DNA from: Patescibacteria group bacterium | GTDB lineage: Bacteria; Patescibacteriota; Patescibacteriia; UBA9934 | DNA: 64,000 nt | Assembly (NCBI GenBank): GCA_041666145.1 | Contig: JBAYHK010000004.1 | Span: 20,542-84,541 of the forward strand | Reading direction: 5' to 3' | Shown: piece by piece, positions 37,460 through 47,024 of the stretch | Layout: the number at the start of each line of letters is the position of its first letter | Numbering within the stretch: the stretch's first letter is position 1 | The notes under the pieces: model-generated | What the model was told of the DNA's origin: nothing | What the model saw: only the letters and a program-made list of their open reading frames with translations | Database searches by the model: none | Position numbers and translations under genes: made by a program

Positions 37460-37781
37460 AGTCTTTCGTTCATACGGCTAGCCGTAGAGGAACGTGAGGA
37501 ATTAAGGCTTTTCAACGAAAAAACCAGAAGCATCGATCGTGAATACCACGTTTCGATAACTTCTAGCCCAAAACAACACACGAACAGATGAAGTTGTTAG
37601 GGTTTTTGATGAGTTGAAAAGGGTTCTCCAAACTTCGCACGAATCGACGAGAAGGTTTTCCACTGAAGCCTGAGCCTAAGCGGATCTTTCTTCTCGGTTC
37701 GTTTTGAAGCGTTTGTGCAGTGGGAACTGCGATGAAGCAATCTCATTTGAGCTTACCTCGTCGCAGTTCTCACTACGATAA

Positions 37782-38117
37782 TTACATTTTTATTTCGATA
37801 TCGACACCTGCTGGAAGATTGAGGCTCATGAGCGCGTCAATCGTACGTTCTGTTGGACTCACAATGTCGATGAGACGCTTGTGAACACGCATTTCGTACT
37901 GATCTCTGGAAGTCTTATCAATGAACGTTGAACGGTTCACTGTAAAACGTCGAATCTCGGTTGGCAATGGAACAGGGCCGAGAACTTCTGCGCCGCTTCG
38001 CTCTGCAGTCTTAATGATCGTCTGCGTTGCTGAGTCTATGATCTTATGATCATACGCACGAATCTTGATCCGAATACGCTGTTTTACGTCTTCTTTTGTT
38101 TTTATCGCGTCAGTCAT
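37782..38117 (-). CDS. rpsJ: 30S ribosomal protein S10
   Basis: [17 protein letters not shown]. Confidence 0.9.
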   Translation of the reverse strand: MTDAIKTKEDVKQRIRIKIRAYDHKIIDSATQTIIKTAERSGAEVLGPVPLPTEIRRFTVNRSTFIDKTSRDQYEMRVHKRLIDIVSPTERTIDALMSLNLPAGVDIEIKM

Positions 38118-38187
38118 AGTGAAAAGGGCATTTTGGTACAGAGGAAGGGAGAGTGTTTAGCTCTCCCTTCATGTCTTTACATCAAGG

Positions 38188-39375
<1,188 letters not shown>

Positions 39376-39514
39376 ACGTGGAAATTATGCCCGGCGTCTT
39401 GGAATGAGCACCGATGGCGTGAGTGATTATTTTCGTGAAGAAAAATGTGGCGAGAGTGTAGCAAAACCAAGAAAATCACGCAAGTCTCCCTATACACCAA
39501 GAAATAGATTCCGC

Positions 39515-39976
39515 TCAATCAATGCGTTCAAGGTAGAACTCCTCTTCCCCACCACTAGAAACCCGAGGCATCTTTTGCATGCCTTCCTTAGCTTTTTCTT
39601 TAATTTCAACGACTTCCGGTGCGGTCCATAACGACTTCAATGCCTCTTCATCAACATCAGCCTCATCCAGCACAGATTCCTCAATCTCGTCCCCGCTAGC
39701 AATTGGTGCGTCCTCAATCTGAATATCTTCAATCTCATCTTCCTTGCTCTCCGACATCCAAGACTCTAAGGCGGCAACTTCCATCTGCTCTTCTGTGGCA
39801 CCCTCCGATGAAACCTGGAGCTCCCCCATCTCAAGCGCCCCGTCAATCAGCAACTCATATTCATTCAATGGCAAAATCACCAGTGGCTCTTCTTTTCCCT
39901 CTTCATCCGTAACAATAATCCTATCCCCCGTTTTCCGAGCTAGCCGCAACAACCGAGAAAAATGATTATTCGCCAT
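39515..39976 (-). CDS. Hypothetical highly acidic protein (153 aa) inserted between tuf and fusA
   Basis: Glu/Asp-rich (EDEIEDIQIEDAP...EESVLDEADVDEE), no known domain. Confidence 0.55.
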   Translation of the reverse strand: MANNHFSRLLRLARKTGDRIIVTDEEGKEEPLVILPLNEYELLIDGALEMGELQVSSEGATEEQMEVAALESWMSESKEDEIEDIQIEDAPIASGDEIEESVLDEADVDEEALKSLWTAPEVVEIKEKAKEGMQKMPRVSSGGEEEFYLERID

Positions 39977-40128
39977 ATGAAGGCATCTTAGGGAGAGAGG
40001 GAGAAAAGGGCAAGAATCTTTACTCTTTCACAAATTTATGCTATCATTTTTCGTTATTTTCAAGGGCGGCTTGCTCAATATTCATAAGAAATTGTGAGTA
40101 GCGAGCAACCCTGTCCGGAGAATAACCC

Positions 40129-40647
40129 ATGCTCACGCTCGCCCTTTTCCTCCTTCCTCTCATCCACTCCGCCAACGCCGACGCCTACGTCGTGGGATTC
40201 AAGGCCAATATCGCCGAGAACAACGTCATGCTACTAGCCGCACCCGAGGACCTCTGGTTCTCAGGAAATGGCGGCGGCGCGGTCACGTTCGAGTCACATA
40301 GAACCAGGTTCATGGACTCTAATTCCAGACTCGCACTTTCTGCCGGATGGAACCACCACGGTGGGTTCACCTTCGAAGGGAACTGGCGCATACGCGACCA
40401 GTTCTCGAGCTCAACCACCTTAGTCGCCGATCTCGTCGGATTCAGCATTGGCAGTGGAATACTGTCGCCGAACGACGAAAAACAACTAATGTTCATGACT
40501 GGCGGAGGCATCGAAATTCCTGTCATAAAAGGCGTCGATGTCCAGCTGATCGGCAAAGTCGGCATGGGAACAGCACGCGATGACAACCACGACTGGTTCA
40601 TCACCAACACGACATCTATCTACCTCGGCGCGTCACACGACTTCTGA
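40129..40647 (+). CDS. Secreted hypothetical protein (172 aa) with signal peptide and C-terminal aromatic residue; GC-rich; plus-strand island inside the str operon
   Basis: MLTLALFLLPLIHSANA signal peptide; alternating hydrophobic beta-like pattern; ends ...YLGASHDF; flanked by its own GC hairpin terminator. Confidence 0.6.
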   Translation: MLTLALFLLPLIHSANADAYVVGFKANIAENNVMLLAAPEDLWFSGNGGGAVTFESHRTRFMDSNSRLALSAGWNHHGGFTFEGNWRIRDQFSSSTTLVADLVGFSIGSGILSPNDEKQLMFMTGGGIEIPVIKGVDVQLIGKVGMGTARDDNHDWFITNTTSIYLGASHDF

Positions 40648-40677
40648 CCGAGAGCAAATAGACCAGTAACATGCTCG

Positions 40678-40745
40678 CCCCGCGCGAGTCGACAAGCCCC
40701 CAACTCGGGAGCCCGTCGTCTCGACGCGGGGTTTGTCTTCTCCAA
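40678..40745 (+). terminator. Terminator of 40129..40647 (long GC-rich hairpin plus T-rich tail)
   Basis: CCCCGCGCGAGTCGAC...GTCTCGACGCGGGG then TTTGTCTTCTCC. Confidence 0.55.
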
Positions 40746-40772
40746 ATCAAAACGGCCCCTTTCGAGGCCGCC
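40742..40772 (-). terminator. Terminator downstream of fusA
   Basis: Minus-strand CGGCC-UCGAAAGG-GGCCG followed by UUUUGAUUUGG. Confidence 0.55.
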
Positions 40773-40798
40773 TTGAATCTTATTCTATAAACAACGAG

Positions 40799-42886
40799 CT
40801 ACTTCCCTGTGCGCTGCTCAACAATCGCTTTTGCGACGTTGTTTGGCACTTCCATATACTGACCAAACTCCATGGAATAACTTGCTCGACCCTGGGTCAT
40901 AGAGCGAAGAGATGTGGAGTAGCCGAACATTTCTGCAAGTGGAACAAGGGCCTTTACGAACTTGATATTTCCACGGTCACCCATTTCTTGAATCTGGCCG
41001 CGCTTTGAGTTCAAATCGCCGACCACGGATCCCATGAATTCATCTGGAGTGACTGCTTCGACTTTCATGACTGGCTCAAGAAGCACAGGCTGCGCCTTCT
41101 TAACTGCCTCTTGAAATGCGAGAGAGCCCGCCATTTTGAAAGCTGCTTCGTTCGAGTCAACATCGTGGTACGAACCATCGAAGACCGTTGCCTTGATGTT
41201 GATCAATGGGAACCCCGCGATAACACCTCTATCCATAGCTTCACGCGCACCTTTTTCAATTGCTGGAATGTATTCGCGTGGAACTGCGCCGCCCTTCACT
41301 TCGTCGAAGAACTCAAAGTTCTTTGCGGCAGGATCTGTATTTGGTTCAACACGCAACCACGCATGACCGTACTGACCTCGACCACCAGATTGCTTAATGT
41401 ACTTTCCTTCACCTTCTGCAACGCCACGAATGGTTTCACGATACGCAACCTGCGGACGACCAACGTTTGCTTCAACGTTGTATTCTCGGCGCATTCGATC
41501 AACGATGATTTCAAGATGCAGCTCACCCATACCAGCAATAATGGTTTGGTTTGAATCTGGATCTGTTGAAACATGGAATGTTGGATCTTCTTCTGCAAGC
41601 TTTTGAAGCGCGATTGCCATCTTTTCCTGGTCTGCTTTCGTCTTCGGCTCGAGTGCCTGCGAGATGACCGGCTCTGGGAAAGTAATCGATTCAAGAATCA
41701 CAGGATGATCTGGATCACACAACGTATTTCCCGTTGCTGTGTTCTTCAATCCCACAGCTGCTGCAATTTCCCCAGCGAACACTTCTTCTACGTCCTCTCG
41801 ACTATTTGCATGCAAACGAACGATTCTGGAAATACGCTCCTTATCTCCAGTTGCTGAGTTCAAGACGTAAGTTCCAGCTTTCAACGAACCTGAATACACG
41901 CGGAAGAATGCGAGCTTTCCAACGAATGGGTCTGCAGCAATTTTGAACGCAAGCGCAGCAAAAGGTGCGGTATCTTTCGGCAAACACTCAATAATTGTCT
42001 CAGCATCATCTGGGTCAAAACCCTTCATCGCTGGAACATCTAATGGAGATGGGAGGTAATCAACAACGGCGTCGAGCATCTGCTGAACACCTTTATTCTT
42101 CAACGCTGAACCGCAAAGAATTGGGAAAATTTTCAGTGCAATAACTCCCTTTCGAAGAGCGACTTTCAATTCTGGAACTGGAATATCCTCTCCGCCAAAG
42201 AATCGCTCAAGCAATCCCTCATCTTCTGCAACAATCGCTTCCACAAGCTTTGAACGATACTCGTCTGCCTTTGCTTTATATTCTTCTGGAATTTCAACTT
42301 CATCAATCGTTTTTCCTTGGTCATCGTGATAGATAAATGCCTTGCGAAGAAGAAGGTCGATAATGCCGACAAAATTTCCTTCTATTCCGATCGGCAACTG
42401 AATTGGATACGCATTCGGCGCCAAACGCTTATGAATCGATGCAATGTCCTTATAAAAGTCTGCACCAGTTCTGTCTAATTTGTTAATAAAACACACACGA
42501 GGCACATGATACTTATCCGCTTGGTGCCAAACAGTTTCAGACTGTGGCTCAACACCAGCAACACCGTCGAATACGGTAACGCCACCATCGAGAACACGAA
42601 GCGAACGCTCAACTTCAACAGTGAAGTCAACGTGGCCAGGAGTGTCAATAATGTTAATGCGATGGTCTTTCCAGAAACATGTTGTCGCAGCTGCAGTGAT
42701 CGTGATTCCACGTTCCTGCTCCTGCTCCATCCAGTCCATAGTCGCCTCACCTTCATGCACCTCACCGATTTTGTGCTTCTTTCCGGTGTAGAACAAAACA
42801 CGCTCAGTTGTTGTGGTCTTTCCTGCGTCAATATGCGCAATAATTCCTATATTTCGTACCCGTTCCAATGGATAATCGCGTTGCAT
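40799..42886 (-). CDS. fusA: Elongation factor G
   Basis: 695 aa; [20 protein letters not shown]. Confidence 0.95.
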   Translation of the reverse strand: MQRDYPLERVRNIGIIAHIDAGKTTTTERVLFYTGKKHKIGEVHEGEATMDWMEQEQERGITITAAATTCFWKDHRINIIDTPGHVDFTVEVERSLRVLDGGVTVFDGVAGVEPQSETVWHQADKYHVPRVCFINKLDRTGADFYKDIASIHKRLAPNAYPIQLPIGIEGNFVGIIDLLLRKAFIYHDDQGKTIDEVEIPEEYKAKADEYRSKLVEAIVAEDEGLLERFFGGEDIPVPELKVALRKGVIALKIFPILCGSALKNKGVQQMLDAVVDYLPSPLDVPAMKGFDPDDAETIIECLPKDTAPFAALAFKIAADPFVGKLAFFRVYSGSLKAGTYVLNSATGDKERISRIVRLHANSREDVEEVFAGEIAAAVGLKNTATGNTLCDPDHPVILESITFPEPVISQALEPKTKADQEKMAIALQKLAEEDPTFHVSTDPDSNQTIIAGMGELHLEIIVDRMRREYNVEANVGRPQVAYRETIRGVAEGEGKYIKQSGGRGQYGHAWLRVEPNTDPAAKNFEFFDEVKGGAVPREYIPAIEKGAREAMDRGVIAGFPLINIKATVFDGSYHDVDSNEAAFKMAGSLAFQEAVKKAQPVLLEPVMKVEAVTPDEFMGSVVGDLNSKRGQIQEMGDRGNIKFVKALVPLAEMFGYSTSLRSMTQGRASYSMEFGQYMEVPNNVAKAIVEQRTGK

Positions 42887-42900
42887 AAAAAATGAATGGT

Positions 42901-43368
42901 TTAGCGAGCAAGGTGTGCAAACGCTCGGTTTGCTTCTGCCATACGCTGCACATCAAGCTTCTTCTTTACAGCGTCACCCTCATTCTTAGAAGCAGAAATG
43001 AGCTCTTCTGCAAGCTTTTCACACATTGGGCGCCCTTTCTTTCCTCGTGCTGCGCCAAGAATCCAACGGTATGCCAAGGCATAACGACGGTCGCCGCGCA
43101 CTGGCATTGGAACCTGATAGTTCGCTCCACCAACACGCTTTGATTTCACTTCAACTGCTGGAGTGACATTCTTAATCGCGTTATCAAAAACTTCCATTGG
43201 ATCCTGGCTCGTTTCCGTTGCGATAATTTCAAACGCATCGTACACAATGCCGCGAGCAATAGACTTCTTTCCACTTTCCATGACGTAATTGACTAACTTG
43301 GCAACCAAAACGCTCCCGTATTTTGCATCAGGAGCGAGATTGCGCTTTGGAGCGGCTTTACCACGCAT
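42901..43368 (-). CDS. rpsG: 30S ribosomal protein S7
   Basis: 155 aa; conserved S7 pattern. Confidence 0.9.
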   Translation of the reverse strand: MRGKAAPKRNLAPDAKYGSVLVAKLVNYVMESGKKSIARGIVYDAFEIIATETSQDPMEVFDNAIKNVTPAVEVKSKRVGGANYQVPMPVRGDRRYALAYRWILGAARGKKGRPMCEKLAEELISASKNEGDAVKKKLDVQRMAEANRAFAHLAR

Positions 43369-43449
43369 ATTATGTTTATTTTGGCGACGATGTTCTTCCC
43401 ACGTGGTTCGTAGTACTCATCGTCTTGAATGAATTTGTGAAAAACTTCT

Positions 43450-43893
43450 CTACTTCTTCTTTGCAACTGCCTTACCTGCCTTTGGACGCTTTGTTCCGTA
43501 CCGTGAACGGCCACGATTGCGACCTTCCACGCCTGTTGCGTCGTATCGACCTCGAACAATGTGGTAACGAACACCTGGCAAGTCTTTCACACGACCGCCA
43601 CGAATCATGACGATAGAGTGTTCCTGCAGTCCATGGCCTTCGCCAGGAATGTATGCAGAGACTTCCGTTCCATTGCTCAAACGCACACGAGCAATTTTAC
43701 GCAAAGCCGAGTTTGGCTTTTTCGGAGTCATTGTGGTGACTTTCACACAGACACCGCGCTTGAATGGAGCACCTTTGCTCAAAATCGTGCGCTTACGGTG
43801 CAACGAGTCGAGCGTATATTGCATTGCCGGAGACTTGCTCTTCGACTTTGCTTTCGTGCGACCCGTGCGGATGAGTTGGTTGATCGTTGGCAT
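43450..43893 (-). CDS. rpsL: 30S ribosomal protein S12
   Basis: [12 protein letters not shown]...[10 protein letters not shown]. Confidence 0.95.
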   Translation of the reverse strand: MPTINQLIRTGRTKAKSKSKSPAMQYTLDSLHRKRTILSKGAPFKRGVCVKVTTMTPKKPNSALRKIARVRLSNGTEVSAYIPGEGHGLQEHSIVMIRGGRVKDLPGVRYHIVRGRYDATGVEGRNRGRSRYGTKRPKAGKAVAKKK

Positions 43894-43933
43894 AAAAAAT
43901 GTGCCCAGACTCTAACATAAGCGAAAAATTGGG

Positions 43934-44614
43934 TCAACCGCCAAAGTACACGCCAAGCAATGCGCCACAAGAGGCTCCAAGAAACTGACCGCAAAGCAAG
44001 AATGATGGAATCTGAATATAAGAGAAAGGATCGTAAGGCGTCACGATCGAGATCAAAATTAAACCTAAAAGTAGCTGATTCCCATATCGCAGCAGCCACG
44101 TCGCTAACCATTCCAAAGATGTTCCCGTTAACCAAACCGTCAAAAGCTTCGACCCGTCCAATGGGTGAATCGGAATCATGTTGAATATTGCAAGCATCAA
44201 ATTCGTGAGCACAAAAAAGACTAAAAATGGTCCGAGTGCAGTTCCGATAACATTCAAATCTGCAATCATCGCCACACGAAATGCAATACCACCGACCGCC
44301 GCAAGAATAATATTCGAAATGGGACCTGCAAATGCGATCATCACGTCATCGTACTTTGAACCTCGTAAATTCCTTGGGTCATACGGCACCGGCTTGGCCC
44401 ATCCGAATCCTAACGTTAAAAGCATGATCAGCCCCAACGGATCCAGATGCGCCAACGGGTTTAACGTCAATCGTCCCATCTGCTCCGCAGTATCGTCGCC
44501 TCGCCACTTCCCTACTGCTGCATGAGCAAACTCATGAATAGTCAACGCAATAATCAGCGCAGCAATCCATGTAAACGCAAGCATCGGTTCTGCAAAAAGT
44601 AATTGAAGCAACAT
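43934..44614 (-). CDS. Site-2 protease family metalloprotease (peptidase M50)
   Basis: HEFAHA zinc motif in TM helix, LNPLAHLD. Confidence 0.8.
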   Translation of the reverse strand: MLLQLLFAEPMLAFTWIAALIIALTIHEFAHAAVGKWRGDDTAEQMGRLTLNPLAHLDPLGLIMLLTLGFGWAKPVPYDPRNLRGSKYDDVMIAFAGPISNIILAAVGGIAFRVAMIADLNVIGTALGPFLVFFVLTNLMLAIFNMIPIHPLDGSKLLTVWLTGTSLEWLATWLLRYGNQLLLGLILISIVTPYDPFSYIQIPSFLLCGQFLGASCGALLGVYFGG

Positions 44615-44617
44615 ATG

Positions 44618-45913
44618 TTATATAACAGATACTTCAGCGCCCACAGCCTTGAGCTTGCCATACAAATCCTCATAACCACGCTCAAGATGCTCAAAACCCG
44701 TTAATGTCGATGTCCCTTCTGCAACTAATGCGGCGATGATACAAGCCAACCCAGCACGAATATCCAAAAGCTCGATTGTTGATCCATGCAGCGACGTTGG
44801 CCCCTTAATGATCGCCGAGTGCTTGTAGTTCTTATCTTTAAATCGACAGCCCACTTCTCCAAGACACGTATCGAACAATGTCACGTCTGCACCCATCTCC
44901 TTCAACACGTCGGTATAGCCAAATCGTTCTTCATACACTGTTTCGTGAATCACCGACGTTCCTTCGGCCTGCGTCATTGCCACCAAGAACGGCTGCTGCC
45001 AGTCCGTCATAAATCCTGGATGCGTATCTGTTTCAATCTGAAATCCGTGATATTTCGAGGCACCTTTAAACAAAATTCCATTCTTTCGCACTTCGTAGTC
45101 TCCCCCAAGCAGTCGCACCGCATTCAAAAAGGTCACCATATCTCTATGCGACGCTCCTTCACAGAAAATCTCCCCCCGCGTTGCCAGCGCCAAACTCCCA
45201 AACGAAGCCGCCTCCATTCTGTCTGGCAAAACGGTATGTTCGCAACCATGAAGTTTCTCGACTCCAATAATTTCAATATGACGTCCTGCTCCAAGTTCAA
45301 TGATCGCTCCCATCTTCTGCAACATCATGATGAGCTCAATGAGTTCTGGTTCGATTGCCGCATTCTTAATGACCGTTCGACCCTTCGCAAGCACCGCCGA
45401 AAACAACGCCGTCTCTGTTGCACCAACCGATGGATATGGCAAATCGATAACGCAACCCTTAAATCCGTTCACCGATGTCGCATGGTAGCCATCAACATCT
45501 CCAACAATCTTTGCGCCCATCGCCTCAAGAGTATCAACATGAAAATTGACTGGACGCGGACCAATCTTGTCTCCTCCGAGTGTTGGCACAAACGCTTCGC
45601 CGGTTCTATGAAGTAACGGCGCCAACGCCAAAATCGCCAAACGATTCTTTCTAGAAAGCGACATTGCAGACGACGACGCAATCTTTTCTACCCGCAACGT
45701 CAGCGTATGATCAGCTAAGTTCGATGTTGCTCCAAGCGTTGTAACAAGCTCCCGAGCAATCTCCGTCTCTTTCTGTAACGGAACGTTATGAAGAATAACC
45801 TCTTCATCCGTCAATAATGCTGCAATGATCATCTTACTTGCCGCATTTTTTGCACCCGCAATCTTTACCGTCCCCTTAAGCGGCTTTCCGCCCGTGATCG
45901 TCATGGTTTGCAT
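44618..45913 (-). CDS. murA: UDP-N-acetylglucosamine 1-carboxyvinyltransferase
   Basis: 431 aa; KIAGAKNAASK, EPSP-synthase fold. Confidence 0.9.
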   Translation of the reverse strand: MQTMTITGGKPLKGTVKIAGAKNAASKMIIAALLTDEEVILHNVPLQKETEIARELVTTLGATSNLADHTLTLRVEKIASSSAMSLSRKNRLAILALAPLLHRTGEAFVPTLGGDKIGPRPVNFHVDTLEAMGAKIVGDVDGYHATSVNGFKGCVIDLPYPSVGATETALFSAVLAKGRTVIKNAAIEPELIELIMMLQKMGAIIELGAGRHIEIIGVEKLHGCEHTVLPDRMEAASFGSLALATRGEIFCEGASHRDMVTFLNAVRLLGGDYEVRKNGILFKGASKYHGFQIETDTHPGFMTDWQQPFLVAMTQAEGTSVIHETVYEERFGYTDVLKEMGADVTLFDTCLGEVGCRFKDKNYKHSAIIKGPTSLHGSTIELLDIRAGLACIIAALVAEGTSTLTGFEHLERGYEDLYGKLKAVGAEVSVI

Positions 45914-46122
45914 AATGTGAATAGTGTAAAGGGAAAGGCAGGAAAATGGAACGCGCGTTCAGGAATCAATGAAAGTTTTGAAAACGACACGTCATAACAA
46001 GCTACGGATCCCTCCTATCGTCGGGATGGGAAAAGAAAAAGATTCACCAAGTTAGAAAAAACAAAACGCCGTCATTTGCGACTCATTTCGATGAACAAGA
46101 CAAATTCTCAGAATCGATGGAA

Positions 46123-46247
46123 ACAAAACGTCATTATTCGAGGCTAATTTCAACGAACGAGGAGGAAAGTTCGTGAGACGTACCCAACGTACGTTGAACG
46201 AATTTCCGACAAGTGAGTTGAAAGTAGACCGAATAATGACGTTTTGT
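46123..46247. ncRNA. Candidate structured RNA / repeat element, copy B (~125 nt), core homologous to 17001..17127
   Basis: Closing helix ACAAAACGTCATTATTCG (46123..46140) pairs perfectly with CGAATAATGACGTTTTGT (46230..46247). Core is ...TTTCAACGAACGAGGAGGAAAGTTCGTGAGACGTACCCAACGTACGTTGAACGAATTTCCGACAAGTGAGTTGAAA. Confidence 0.4.
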
Positions 46248-46424
46248 GTAACCGACGGAAGTCGTGAAATGGCCCGAAAGCCATATGTCTGCACAAGGCA
46301 GCGCTGAGTCCGCGTGTGCGTCTGTTAAGAAGCCGTTCGCACGGTGATCACACCGTTTGCTGCCTGGACTCTTTCACGAATGAATTAGGCAAATCACGAA
46401 ACCGTCGGTCACCATCATCGTAAC

Positions 46425-46452
46425 ATAAAACCGCGAAAAAGATTCGCGGTTT
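46425..46452 (-). terminator. ndk terminator (bidirectional-looking)
   Basis: ACCGCGAA-AAAGA-TTCGCGGT with flanking A/T tracts. Confidence 0.6.
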
Positions 46453-46462
46453 TATGAGTGAA

Positions 46463-46969
46463 TTATTTTGTTGGAAAGTGGAATTTATCATCAATCTTTC
46501 CGTATGACAGCAACTCTTCTGGCTTAAACCAAACAGCGATTTCTGTTTCTGCTTCTTCTGCCGACCCAGAAGCGTGAACAAGGTTGAATATGCCGACTCC
46601 TTTACTGTCCGCATATCCAAATGAAATATGGGAATAGTCTCCGCGGATCGTTCCCGGCGCTGCACTTTTTGGCTCTGTAGAACCAATCATTTTTCGTACA
46701 ACCTCCACCATCTCAACTCCCTCAAAAGCAATTGCGATGATTGGACCAGAAGTAATCAAGTCGATCATCATGGTTCGAACATGCTCACCACGACGCTTTG
46801 CCAAGTCTTCGGTGTAATGCTGCGCTGCGGTGTCCTTATCTGAAACAAGCATCTTCAGCCCGATCATTCGAGCACCAACACGTTCAAAACGAGTCACAAT
46901 CTCGCCAACAATGCCTCGCTGAATTGCATCTGGCTTCAAAAGAACCAGTGATCGTTGTAGATCTGCCAT
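46463..46969 (-). CDS. ndk: Nucleoside diphosphate kinase
   Basis: LQRSLVLLKPDAIQRGIVGEIV...NLVHASGSAEEAETEI; start at MADLQ. Confidence 0.85.
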   Translation of the reverse strand: MADLQRSLVLLKPDAIQRGIVGEIVTRFERVGARMIGLKMLVSDKDTAAQHYTEDLAKRRGEHVRTMMIDLITSGPIIAIAFEGVEMVEVVRKMIGSTEPKSAAPGTIRGDYSHISFGYADSKGVGIFNLVHASGSAEEAETEIAVWFKPEELLSYGKIDDKFHFPTK

Positions 46970-47024
46970 AGAAATTTCGCTAAGATTTGCGGGCAGTGTA
47001 TGAGAAAGTGAACAAAAAGGCAAA

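Noticed and set aside
46250-46420. tmRNA, SRP RNA, 6S or RNase P RNA in the murA-ndk gap or the rarA-trxB gap
   Set aside because: Conserved motifs were not found by eye: tRNA-like GGUUCGA..CCACCA end, GGAAGGAAGCAGCC, P4 AGGAAAGUCCGGGCUCC. The regions are kept only as unclassified structured candidates.
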